From NCBI GenBank assembly GCA_040357565.1, contig JBDODJ010000016.1: a DNA stretch of 64,000 nt; one strand, written 5' to 3'. Positions 37,227 to 49,548 of the stretch are shown here, piece after piece. This DNA is from Cercozoa sp. M6MM (Eukaryota > Protista > Endomyxa: Ascetosporea). The position numbers and the translations under genes are program-made. The notes under the pieces are model-generated. The model made no database searches. It saw only the letters and a list, made by a program, of their open reading frames with translations, and had not been told where the DNA came from. Position 1 is the first letter of the stretch. Each line of letters opens with the position of its first letter.

Positions 37227-37679
37227 ACTGACGGTGCCTTTGCAAGTAACTTAAATTAAATAGCGACACGGCACCTTCAGTTGTTGTATTTATCATTTAA
37301 TAGTACAGTCTGGTCGGATACACCAGATAGCAGGCCAGCTGCCGACCGGTTTACTGATACGTATACGCCGACAGCAGTCGCTACTTCGAAGCCGAGACAC
37401 ACACTAAGGAACAGTTTTCACAGTTCCCAGGGGCCAGGGTGGCCGCAACGCAAGCAGATGCTGGTCGCAGTTCACGATTCCGTTTCTGTATGTCGAGTGT
37501 GGCGGCTGGAAAAAGCAGGCCAAGCCAGGCGAATACGACCGATCCCCCCTCCTACGCTAGTATACTGTAGTACCGGGTACGTTCTATGCTCCTTTTCAGT
37601 TCTGTTACTTACGTCAATGTTACGGCATAGCGTTTATACCGTAATACAACCGTATAGAATTCGCTTCAGCGGATCGAAG

Positions 37680-38423
37680 TTACTCAGGGCTGACGGTCTC
37701 CTCTTGAGTGGTCGTTTCTTCAATCTGCGGTGGCACCATGGTCTTCCAGGTCTGGTCGAAGTCGGCTTGCATGGCCTTGGCGAGCTCCTTGTCGTGCTCC
37801 TGCCTGTAGATGTACTTGAGCAGCTCAGCGGAGCGTTCGTAGCCCGTTCCCGACTTGGCAAAGAGCAGTTCGAGCCAGGACTGCGACTTCTTCACCTTGC
37901 CGTCTCTGGACGACGCCTGTGCAAGCACGGAGAGTCAAAGGGCCAACAATTTTTTTAAAGCAAGGAAAAGCGACCCGCGCACGCGCCGAAGAGACGTACA
38001 ATTCGGATCGAAAGATCTCGCGCGGGTCCTCGCCAATGGCACGGGCGAACAGGTACCTGTTTAAGTTAAGCAAAAAAGGGTACAGATAGGCAGGAGGGGG
38101 GGGGGGGGGCCAAAGTATACCCGGCACGATCGGCTTCATACTCAAACAGACGAGTCACCAAGTTAATGACCGGCATGACCGTCAAGAGTGCCATCTGCGG
38201 CGGCAATCCGCCCAGCATGAAAAGCTGTCGGGGCGCGGCCCCCCGCGGGATATGGGAAAGATAATACAGATGAGGATATCATGATACGGTCGAGATGAGA
38301 TGCTGGTCGTTGTGTCTGCCCAGCAGGTGACCGAGTTCATGGCAAATCTGACGCACAACAGCACGTAGAGAGAGAGGAAGAGAGAGGAAGAGAGAGGAAG
38401 AGAGAGAGAGGAAGAGAGAGAGA

Positions 38424-38462
<39 letters not shown>

Positions 38463-38999
38463 AACAGCGGGACAGCGGACGCTAAGGCTAAGAGCAGAGT
38501 GGTACCACGTAGACTTGTGCCACTCGCGGCGCCTTGAGCAACTGGACGTCGACGAACATGTGCGCCGTGTTGCGCATACCGGCCTGTTAAACACACGCAG
38601 CGCAGTGTCGATACAGTGCAACACTTCAGTCCTGGTGCGTGTACCCATGCGCCAGTGTCTTTCCTCACGTGAATGTGTTGCAGTGCGCCCAAGGCCTCGG
38701 CGAGCTGTTACAGCAATATTCCTTACTGCAGGGTCCAAGCTGTATGGATGACAACGGTCTCCTTGTACCTCAGGCTTGGCTTTGGCCAGAGCGGCGATGA
38801 CATCGCGCACCAGCTGTCGTGCAGCTTCGGCATCTGCGTGGTCCTCGGCCGACGTGCCGAGTCGGATGCCATGCTGCTCGAAGGACGCGTTCTTGCGCAC
38901 CTCGACCAGTTTCTACCGACCGTGTTAAAATGACCGTGTTAAAATGACCGTGTTAAAATAAGAGGGGAGACAGACAGACAGACAGAGAGAAAGAGAGAG

Positions 39000-39053
<54 letters not shown>

Positions 39054-39440
39054 ACCTCAATCAGCGAGTTTGGAATCAACTGAGGACCAGCGCTGTTGTG
39101 CGGCACTTTTTCACGCGAAAGCAGGTTCGCGCAGATCGTAGACGCGATCCAAGCGGCGCAAATCACCTGTACACAATCGTAAATCACAACTGCTCCGACT
39201 GGTAGAACGCAGCAACGACAACAACTGACCACGCGAGGGGGAAAGTGCCCATCGAACAGCAGGCGTCGGATGACCGGCGGTTGCAGTCGCTGCACCAGCA
39301 CACTCGCCGAGCGCAAAAAATGCTCGTTCAACATGATCACGCAATGATACTCCAAGCTGTTCTTGCTGTGGCCTAGCGCGCTGCTGCGCGTCTTGTCGCA
39401 TACCACCGTGCGCCTTTAAGCAGAACGCTGTAGCCATCAC
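37680..39440 (-). CDS. Multi-exon hypothetical protein; start approximate
   Basis: Exon blocks such as KLVEVRKNASFEQHGIRLG..., GLPPQMALLTVMPVINL, YLFARAIGEDPREIF, ending EETVSPE*. Confidence 0.5.
38918..38959. repeat. 14-bp tandem repeat x3 (GACCGTGTTAAAAT) at an intron 3' end
   Basis: Direct sequence. Confidence 0.85.
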
Positions 39441-39511
39441 AGTGATGTCCGGTACTGTACAAGTACTGAATCTTGTATCCAGACATAGCGATATTGTGCT
39501 ATTACTAAGTT

Positions 39512-40218
39512 ATGAGTTTGGGTCGACGTGCTATGTCAATTGCTTCACAGATTGAAGAAAAGCTGACTCGGGCGCTGAATGTACAGATTCACCATAATTT
39601 TCTTGCTGTCGAACAATGTCAAGACTATCATAAGTTCGTAGCCTCTGTACCTCGATGTCATCAACGAATCTCACATGCATTCCGTCCCTAGGGTACTGTG
39701 CATGCCGTTTTGAAACTGCGAATGTGAAAGGTGAATACATGTGATGTCTACAGAACTCAGAAACGCACTTCAAAGTAGTCGTCGTGAGTGAGCAGTTTGA
39801 CAGCATGAGCGTCATTGAGCGGCACCGCGCCGTCCAAGAAGCTCTGTGTGCTGAGCTGCAGGGGTAGCTTACACAATAATTCCCTTGTTTTTATCAATTA
39901 ATAGTGCTGTGCTTTTTTGTGCAGGGGTGTCCATGCTTTGGCTATCCGTGCTAAAACTCCGGCCCAGGTGCTCCATCTTTCTCACTCCAACGGTTAAACT
40001 TAACATTGTGCCCGTTCCGCTCGATTTGAGCAGTGGGAAAAGCTGCAAGCGCGAGGCGAGCAAGTTGCACCGTCTCCTGACTGTAAACAAAATCATGATT
40101 CCCCTGTCCAACTGAATGCTGCATTCTGCAGTCTTGACTGTAATCGCTGTCTATATATATGCGGTACACTGCAGGCCTCGGCGGCATGAAACGCGAAGCC
40201 CAGCAGCAGCCGCAGTGA
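39512..40218 (+). CDS. BOLA1: BolA-like protein (BOLA1 type)
   Basis: IEEKLTRALN|PLYLDVINESHMHSVPR|NSETHFKVVVVSEQF...RHRAVQEAL...|GVHALAIRAKTPAQ|W...PSPDC|LGG. Confidence 0.93.
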
Positions 40219-40292
40219 GTATTTTATTACCTTATTTAACGCGTGTTTTAGTTCACTGGTAAGTATACGTTCGGTTGCTAGTACTACTATTT

Positions 40293-40723
40293 TGTTACGA
40301 AACGGTATTTTCCATCCGGCCAGTCAGATCTCTGGTGCTCCGCGCGGGAGAAAGCTATTCATTGAGCACTTTGAGAAGTGTGGTGTATTGTGTTTGTCTG
40401 ACTGACCTCGAAAGAGCAAGATTTTGCTCCTTTCCTGAAAAGGCTCTCTACTCACCAGCACAGAGAGCCTTTCTTTTTCTCCTTTACGTCCCTCCTTCTC
40501 CTTCCTTCCTTCTTCTGACTACCGGGCCTCTCATCCTTCCCGACCAGTCTAAGTTACTTCCTGTACTTTGCCGACCCTATCTTGGGGTAACTACATCTGA
40601 ACTGACTACGTCTACTGACTCAATTCTTCTCCGCATCGATTCCATTTGTTTCTTTAGTCTTTTTCCTGGCATAGTACTCTTTTGCACTACCAAAGCCTCA
40701 ATTTCTGAAAGGCTGCGGTAACA
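40293..40723 (+). mobile_element. Solo-LTR-like element, 431 bp
   Basis: TGTTAC...GTAACA, TSD ATTT. Near-identical to 34911-35345. Confidence 0.9.
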
Positions 40724-40939
40724 ATTTAATACTGTAAGTAAACCGGCGAACGGATTGGAGCTTGCCGTTCGTTTAACAAAGATACCGTTGAGTACACTCG
40801 ACTCTGCTATCATCAGTTCACTCACGTCAACTGGCAGCCCACTCGACTTACGTTAGGCTACGATGAGCATCGTCTTAGTACGCGCCCATTGTGGTGTAAC
40901 CCAACCTGGGATGGTAACCCATATGCTAATCCAATCGAA

Positions 40940-41435
40940 TCAGTCATCGCGCATGACGGCGTTATCGAAGACGTCGCTGAAATCGTCGTCACCGCGCGCA
41001 ACAACAGGCGCCTTCTTGGCTTTCCTACAGAGGGGACACATCGAAGCACGCTAATCTACAACCAGGCAGGCATCTCATTGAGAGTGGGGGTACGTTTGTC
41101 GCTGCAAGTCCTGCGCCTTCAACGCAGCCTAACGTACACACACAAAATACATCCCTCAGATACAGGAAGGACAGAGACACTGCATGCACAGAGTGGTACC
41201 CGCTCAGCGCGACGCAACTCGTTTGGTGACACAAAGGCCGGGTTCTCCCACCTGAAGCAGTTAACGTGCAGGTCACCCAGACAGACAAGAACACCAGCAG
41301 CAGAGGTACAGCACACTGCCGCCAAAGGAGCCGTCAAAGATCTTGATCGGCTCCAGGACAAGACGCGGACCGATTTCGACAAGCACCGGGTCCTTTTGCT
41401 CTGTCCATCAGATACAGGTTTAGGTACAAGTGCAG

Positions 41436-41489
<54 letters not shown>

Positions 41490-43036
41490 GCAAGCTGTGT
41501 CCAGACGGACAAGAAGAGGTACCAGCAGAGGCCGTGTTGTCCGTATCGTACACGAGCTGGTAGTTGCGGAACCAGATATGCTCGTCCACCTGCGTAACAA
41601 CATGTATCAACATATCTATATATCTATATATATATATATATATATATACATATACATACATATAGAAAGGTACTCTGGCAAAGTGCATGACGTGATCCAC
41701 AAAGGGACGCGACTTGGGGTGACCCAGAGGGGTGCCTACACAGAGAGAGAGAGAGAGTCACACATTGACGACAACAACAACAACAACAACAACAACAACA
41801 CACAGAGGCAGGTGTACCCATGCACTGTGTCAGCATCTCCTGCATCACCGACCACTGCGGTTCCTTGCCTGCGTCCTATGTCACATACACACCACACACA
41901 TACACATACACAGGATACAAACACCTGTGATCCTCGAGCGAGTCAGCCTACATCATCGGCGACACCGTCACAGCCGAGATCACTGCGTCCGCGCGGACGA
42001 TCGCGCGCGAAACCGTCGTCGAACACAAGGATGGGCCGACTGCCCTTGATGCAGTTGCCCGACAGACGGAGCTACCGTAGACACAGAGAGAGGTAAGACA
42101 GAGTACACAAGGATACTCCTCGTCCCTCCATGTACATGTATCTTCCTGTCTCTCGGTCTCTCTTTCCTTCTCTTACCTCAGACATGGTGTGCACGTTCTT
42201 GACGAGGAAGCGAACCGACGGACCGGTCGGGACACGCGAGATCCACATGAACACGTCGTCCTTGCGCGACTAGGGGACACAGGGGGTAAAGGAAATAAAG
42301 GAGGTAAACTGGACACAGGTAGAGACTAAGGGGAGGGGACGGGGGAGGGGGGTAAAGCACACGGGTTACCTCAAGCAGCATGACATTGTTGCAGTTGCGC
42401 AATTCAGCCGCAGCATTCACACCTATAAAAGGAGGGGTAAAGGGGTAGGGTAGGGAGCGGGGTAGACGAGACAAACAGCTACCCTGCAGGCCGCCCTTTT
42501 TGTCATCGTACTTTGAGTCGAGCTTGGCGTGCGGCATCAGGTCGTTCAAGTCCTTGAGCAGGTGACGGTGCCGGCCACTCAGACCGCGTGTCGACAGCAG
42601 CAACGTGCGCTGCTTGTTGCGGTACTGGATCTTGCGAGGTCTCTGTGCAACGCAAAATAAGGGGGGGTAAACTAGAGGAAGGCCTGGGGTAGGACTAAAG
42701 TAGTCTCACATCGTTCGGATGCGGCAAGGCGGCTTCCCGCTTCTCGGCCTCCTTGGCGGCACGCGCGGCCGCTCGACGCTTCCGACGCGCCTCGTCGCGG
42801 CCTCGCTGAGCCTGCTCACACAGTTTTTGTTTTCAGATCCTCCGCGGCTACTGCTGCAAACACGGCTTTCACACGGATTCGTAACATACGCGCTCGCGCG
42901 CCGACAGCTCGACCTCAACATCGCTGTCATCGGAATCCGACGACTCCGCCTGGAACCGGCGTAGCTCACGCAGCTTATCCTGCACACTCATTGGACGTAC
43001 ACGCACACTTTTAGGTCGTCCATCTCTCTCGTCCAT
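40940..43036 (-). CDS. BRIX1: Ribosome biogenesis protein BRX1 (Brix domain)
   Basis: NKQRTLLLSTRGLSGRHRHLLKDLNDLMPHAK; LRNCNN; PTGPSVRFLVKNVHTMSE|LRLSGNCIKGSRPILVFD; HPKSRPFVDHV; IWFRNYQ; LVEIGPRLVLEPIKIFDGSFGG; WENP. Confidence 0.95.
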
Positions 43037-43233
43037 TGTGTTTAATTTCAGATGGGCACTCCGCATCTGATGCGTTAGGCAGAACAGATGGCTGCTGCTG
43101 CGTGTTGATTTAGTGCTAGCTCGGGTGCGAGAAGCTTACACGTGCTTAGTGTGTTTTGAAGACTGGTAAATAAATTTAAAACATGAAAATGTTGTTTCGA
43201 TGGAAGAATGCGTGTTTTTCTTTTTGAGCAGTG

Positions 43234-43886
43234 ATGGGTCATTTCCGAGGACGCGAACGTTCGCGCAATGACCCGCGTGAAGTGCGGCGGCAGCAATTGC
43301 GCAAAACCCGGTTGCGCCGCATGAAACTTGAGCAGAAGAAACAGCAGGAGAAACAAGAAACGGCGTCGGAGGATGCAGCGAACACTTCTGTGGAAACGGC
43401 AGTTTCGAGATCACGAAACAAGCGCAAAAGCAAAAAAATCAGCGAGGCCGCTGGTGCTGCGCCAAAGCAAAATGTCTTTAAGGAGGTATGCGAGATTGTG
43501 CTGCTTCGAAATTTCTGGAGTTTAAAATGTGGTGATTTTGCAAAGGTGAGGAAGCAATTCCAACGACAACAACGACGCGCCCAACAAGAGAAAGAAGTTG
43601 AAAAACAAAACAAGGCATTATTGAAAGATACAAACAAATGAATACTTGCGCTCATTGTCTGTTTGCAGGAAGCCGAACTGAAGGAGAAAAAGAGCCGACA
43701 GAAGCAACGAAAGGAGCAATCGATTCGATTGCGACAAAAGAACAGAAAGGGACAGCTCAAGCTTGCCGCGCATATGGGTACGAACAAGCGCTTCCTTCAG
43801 TTAGTGCTCTATCTCATTGCCTTTTCGCTTTAGACATGCTGCTCGATAAGATCAAGAAGACGGTGGAAAGCGAAACCGAGTCTTAG
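43234..43886 (+). CDS. rRNA-processing FYV7 / CCDC59 (TAP26)-like small basic protein
   Basis: Lys/Arg/Glu-rich coiled coil ending LRQKNRKGQLKLAAHM|DMLLDKIKK, resembling the family's T-x-KGQP...LL-x-KI motif. Confidence 0.7.
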
Positions 43887-43954
43887 GCGCGGCGCGAGCG
43901 TGTCGTGCTAACCGGACGCCGGAACATTGCATACAATAAATTAGCGCCGATTTG

Positions 43955-46914
43955 TCATTCCGTTTTTCCCGTTCGGGCAGATCTATTTTGTTTTTCCTGT
44001 TCCCGTTCCATTTCGCTCCGTACGCGTCTCCGTTCTCTTGCGTGCCGCCACACGAGGGACAACGCTACAGCGCAGTACGAAAGCCACGCGCGACCTGCCG
44101 TACGTACCGTGTACGTGTGCTCAGTTTTTTTAATTTGTACGAGCGCCACCAGTACCGCGAAGTTAGTAACGATGTAGCACGAGCAGGGCACTCGAACGAG
44201 ATTTATTAGACTCAAACTCGGAGGTTGGTTTCAGTTTATTCGACTGAAAATGTATTCGGACGTGACGACGATTTGGTGCGCATTACGTCGGAATGTATCG
44301 AAACCGAGTCGTGATGAAGCATGGATCTGGGGTACGAGTAAAATTCCCAGCTGTACAGTGAGTGAGCAGACGAACAGACAAGTTGTTGGTACCTAGGATA
44401 ATTTCCAGACACGACAAATGGGTTACCGTAGTCTGAAATGCATTGATTCATTTCTAGAGTTAAGGGAGTATCTGCAGTTAAAGTCGCAGCTTACCTTGAG
44501 ATGACGTTCGTACGTGCTTGTCAGTCTGACGTGCAGATTTCGCACTCCATCTGGAAGACCAGGGTGTGACTCATCGAGATGGATCAAACGTCGTTGTGTG
44601 TATGAGTCAGCGCATTCGTCGTCCGTGCTTCCGTTCCCGGACGCAAGATTCTCCAAAGCACCGCAGTTTTCGCTGTTGAAAGTGTTCACGCGATGTGCTC
44701 CCACAAGGTCGGAGAAGTCCCTTCAACCAGTCAATTCATTCACAGTATCAAACTATGGCGCATACTGAAGAAAGGTATTGAATACCAACAGAGACGACCG
44801 AATTCGTCAAATAACTGCAAGTCGAGGAACACCGCATCTCGCGTCTTACCCCGATAGTATTCCGTAGACCATGGCAGGGACACGTCTGTGGGAAAGCTGT
44901 ACGTCTGTGCTATCACACCCGAAGATCGCGCTACGATGCCTGGTAAATCGCAACACAACAAAGAAAGGCGGGGGGGGGGTCAACTAGGGTACGTTTGCTC
45001 AGGACGAAAACCGATTCGCCATGCGAGTCGTCTTGCACTATCGGCAGTTTCCACAGCAATGGCGCGTGGGCACTATCGCTTGCACGACACAGGTCGATGC
45101 TATCGAATGACCCGTGCCATAGCGTCTTGAACACGCGACGAAGACTGATGGTAACTCTGTAGTCATGTTGGCCCACCTAATCAGGGAACACGCTTTTGCA
45201 CAAGCAGGCGCATTAGACACAAAACGAAGGAAGAATCTGCTAGTTGTCAGTTTACTTTGGAATCGACGTCGCATTCGTGCACCTGGTTTGACCGCAAGAG
45301 AAGAGGCATGGACACAAGCGAACTGCGACTTACCGCATCGAGAATCTGGAACCGTGAAGAGGCAATCAAACCACCTGGAACACAGTGTTAGGGGTCTTGC
45401 TTAGTACCATGCCGTGCGATAGGGAAAACATGGCGAGAAGTGCAGTGCGTGCCTCCACCGAGGCTGCATCGCAAACTCCAAATTGGGCGAAAGCGCTTGT
45501 CTTGCTAGAGAACCATGATAGTAGCTCCTTTGATGCAAGCTGGAGGCTGCCACTTTCTCTGTCTGCACTTGTTGTCGTGGACTGTGATTCGAAAGTCTCC
45601 AAAGAAGTGACGGATGAACGCGAGTCATGTGAGATCGAGTTCGAATCACCTCGCACATTCGATGCCGCTATCCTCGGTTGTCGAGCTGCGATACTGCAGC
45701 ACCAGCGCGAAAAAGAAGAAATGCTTGTATCGGCCAGCACAATTGGCTCCCAGAGGCGGCGGGGTGCAGACAAAGCCATGCGAAGACGGAAGCCTCGCCG
45801 ACTGCGAACAAGCCGTTCTCCGAGTATGCTGGTAGTCTTCAAGTTCGACTCTCGGTGAGAGTGGAAAGGCGCAAAGCCGCGATCTTTCTCAATTGCCTGC
45901 CACTGCTCCGAAGAAAACGCTGCGCGGTCTGCAGTCTTGCAATTAGCAGTCATTTCATCGTCTGCTTCCTGATTCAAGTCGATTCGCAGGGCAACTGTCG
46001 TATTGTGGAACTTCAAGCATGTCTTTGTTGCTTTCGCCTGGTTCAGTTTGCTCGAACATTTGGGCTTTCTTCCTCCTCTCGCGCGCTGCGGCTGTGACAT
46101 ATGCCGCCTCCCTACAGCTCGCGTATTGCCTTTAGCGCTTGAATTCTCGTTGAGATGAAACGTCCAAGCTCGACCATCATCGCAATCGACAAACCGCACG
46201 AAAATGCTGAGAGGCTTGAGCACCTCAATCATTTTACTAGTCCGAGGAAGTGCGTTGAATGCACGTGAATGTTTGTACTCCGCTTGAACTGAGTGTACGA
46301 TGTGCGCCTTACGTCTGGCTGTGTACAGCACACACCCCAAATATATACATATACTGTGGTATGCACGCAGCCATGAGCTGGGAGGAGGGATAATTGTAAA
46401 TACCTTTCATCTCGGTGAGTACAGCACACTTCACATTGCCGCGTTTCAACCTGCGCAAATTCAGTTTGCGCGCTCTTTTACGCCAGTGATGGTCTTGACT
46501 ATGTCATGAAATACAGGGCAAAGTCGAGACAGGCCGGGCTGGGGGGGGGGGGGGGGGATACCTGGCAGCCTCTAGCCATCTCGGATGCACCGCGCTTAGC
46601 TGGAGCAGGTATCTCGGCTGGTCGCAACTCAAGAATCTGAAAACACGCGAAAGGCAGTCAGCCGGAAGAGAAGCTGCTACGCAAGGGCTCCCTTCCTGTG
46701 AGCGACTCTCCAGCGAAGAGCTTTGACTGTTGCTTTCGCGACTCGAGCGCACCCGAAGTGGCCTCCTGCCAGCTTTGACTTGAGAAATGTTCATGCAAGC
46801 CTTGGATGCTATAGCGTCGCATTTAGATAGCATTACGTACCCGTGACGAAGATACACTTTGATCCGTGGAAAATACAAAATTCTGGAGAAACCTTGGAGT
46901 AATTCTGGCCCCAT
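43955..46914 (-). CDS. F-box-containing protein (multi-exon; boundaries approximate)
   Basis: SLPADCLSRVFRFLS...LLQLSAVHPRWLEAA F-box-like motif near the N-terminus; long exon 45366-46000. Confidence 0.55.
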
Positions 46915-47006
46915 GGAGCATCACTTTTTCCGCGGATTAAAACCGAGCACAAGTCAGCGCAAGAGCCACTTTAGTGGATTAAAATTACTATTGGTATCCT
47001 GACACA

Positions 47007-47700
47007 ATGCTAACAGCCACTGGACATCTTTTTGCGCGAAGGAGGTTGTGGCGCACGTTCTCGTCAGCGGTGTGTTTTTCTTCTTTCGTTGTTGCTGTGC
47101 GCAAGTGGCATGATGCCTGTGTGTACACAGTCACAAAAGTTGGTCGTCAGCGATTCATGCGCCGAAAGATTGCGTGCGTTGTCGCAGAAAAAAGAGGTAT
47201 CTCTAAAAGGTAATTTGCCGTGCAAGATGGATTTTATTTTGCAGCAACCCGTGTTGCTGCGTGTTGGCGTTGAGGGCGGTGGCTGCTCGGGTACTGTCGC
47301 ACCAGTTGAGGCAGATTTGACACCTCACTCAAGTTGCTTTGCGCGTAGGTTTCCAGTACCGAATCGAGCTGTGCGGTGAAGACGATGTCAAAGACCACGA
47401 CTTGTGCCTTTTATTTTACCTGTGGGCTGTTTGTAATTGACAAGCATTCACTATCTGTGCAACAGGAAGTTTGAACACCCAGAGGGTGGCGCTGTCGTTG
47501 TGGATGATCTTTCCATTGAATACATGCTGGGTGCCACCGTCGACTACGTCCAAGTGCGCACTGCTTTTGCTCAATGCTTGATTTGCTATTCAGCATGTGT
47601 TTTACAGGAAATGGCGCGCGCCAAGTTCGAGATCACGTCGAACCCGGTGGCCGATCACGCATGTGGCTGCAAGGCCTCCTTCTCTCCTAAGGTTATGTAG
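47007..47700 (+). CDS. ISCA2: A-type iron-sulfur cluster assembly protein ISCA2
   Basis: VSDSCAERLR; LRVGVEGGGCSG|FQY; VVVDDLSIEYMLGATVDY; SNPVADHACGCKASF; mitochondrial presequence. Confidence 0.92.
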
Positions 47701-47917
47701 CTGCCAGGGGCGAGTCTCTTTATCCATCATGATGACTCAGCGTCAGATTAATTTTTGCAAATAAAAGCTGGATAAACAATAATTTAATTTACGTTTACGG
47801 CTAGATCGGCTAGCGTCCGCTATGGTGGCAACGACACGAGCACATATCGGCCAGCGTGTCGACGTTTGAGTTCCGTCCGGTAACGTATTGCGTTGTGTTG
47901 TAAATTAGAACGGACGG

Positions 47918-49180
47918 GAAAATGACGTCCGGCGTCCGGTCACGGTCACACCAGGCCAGGAGCAACGAGACCGACGGACGGAAGGAACGTTTGCTTGATA
48001 CTGTCGGCCAAGAATTGCACCTGAGCGTGACAACACGTGGCTTACGCTGCGCTAAGCTGGGTAACAACCGAGACACAAAGACTTACCTGCTCTGGATCGC
48101 CAGCACTCCATTGCAAGCAGTAGAGCTCGGGCGTCACTGCATGGTCCCGCAGTGTCTCCATCAGGACATCTCTGTCTTGGCTACAAAGTAAACAGAGAGT
48201 AGACAATGCAAACATGAACACAAACAATAAAGATTCATACATGTCTACAACGTCAGTCAGAACAACAATGATTGGCCCAGACTCGGACAAGACTCGGAGC
48301 TGCTGAAGCAATCTACACAAGCACCATCTCAAAAGAAACACGGTGCTACAAGGCAACCCCAAAAAACAACGGACTCGACTTTTTGCGGGTCATGTGACTC
48401 TTTGCGCAAAACTGGTGCCGACATAAACAGGACAAAGTTCCCCGAAAGAAATCCTTTGCGCTTCAGCACATGTCTGTTATAAACACACACACACACACAC
48501 GCGTACACAAGCATACGCGCACTTTTATCTCTTAACATCCATTTGCGAGTGCAATGAATACTCACAGTCGCGCAGCGTCTAGTTCTTGCAGTCTGTGGTA
48601 CTCGAATGCGTCGTGCACGGCGACTGCTCAACAAACGGAAATGCAAGGAAAACAACCTGTCAGGAAGGCTTTATTTAAATCAACAAAGCACCTTTTCGCA
48701 GAGTGACAGGAGAAATCGGAACTTCGCGTTGCAAGAGCACAGACAAAAAGCACTCCACGGTCTATTAAAAGTCCTCTTTTCCTGGCACAAAACACACACA
48801 CACACAGTACGAGTACCTCGTCTCCTGCGAAAGTGGCACTTCGCTCACTGCCTGGCTACAAAGGACACGCACAAGGTTGCACTGGGACCTAACCGAAATA
48901 GCCAAAACAGCCTACCGAAGCAGGGGAGTACGCAACGCAGTGACCGGCAGCAGCAATCGCACGCGTCGCTTTTCCAGTCCGTGCCAGGAACACCTAACAG
49001 TGAAATACCGTCTGTGCGCGTTTTAACATGCATGATGCGTATAAATTCAAAAAACCTGTCGCTCGCATGTGCCGCAAAAAACAGCAGCACCTGTCGACTA
49101 CGACAAAAAACAAACATTGAACACATACCACCCCTCCAAGAAAAAAGCACCCGCATTTTTTTGCTCGCAAACTTTGTCAT
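47918..49180 (-). CDS. Multi-exon hypothetical protein
   Basis: GT-AG bounded blocks (HVLKRKGFLSGNFVLF; GPIIVVLTDVVD; DRDVLMETLRDH). No family recognised. Confidence 0.4.
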
Positions 49181-49548
49181 GATATCGTTCTTTATTGGAC
49201 ATCCTGCACAAGATGTTTGGGGTGCATGTGTTTCTTATTTTGTGTGGAGAAAGTACGAAACTGCCACTCCACTTCATTTCCATTATTTTCGCGGCGATTG
49301 GCATCGACAGAAATCAAGCCGCAGAATTGTTCAATATCGGTCATTTATCGTGCCTTAAACTGTGCTAGCGTAAGCAAATCGCACCTGTCCCAACTATGCA
49401 ACCATTCCTGCCAGTTCAAGCACAAAAATCCACCACCTTGAGATTTTGGCTACAATGCAGATCACGATCTACTACACTACAGTACGCGAGTTAATTGCTG
49501 GGATTTGCCGCAGCAGGTACGCTAGTGCTGCGCAGACCTTTTCTAGCC

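Noticed and set aside
40275-40721. 148-aa ORF spanning the solo LTR
   Set aside because: Non-ATG start outside the element, and the sister copy at 34911 has a stop in this frame.
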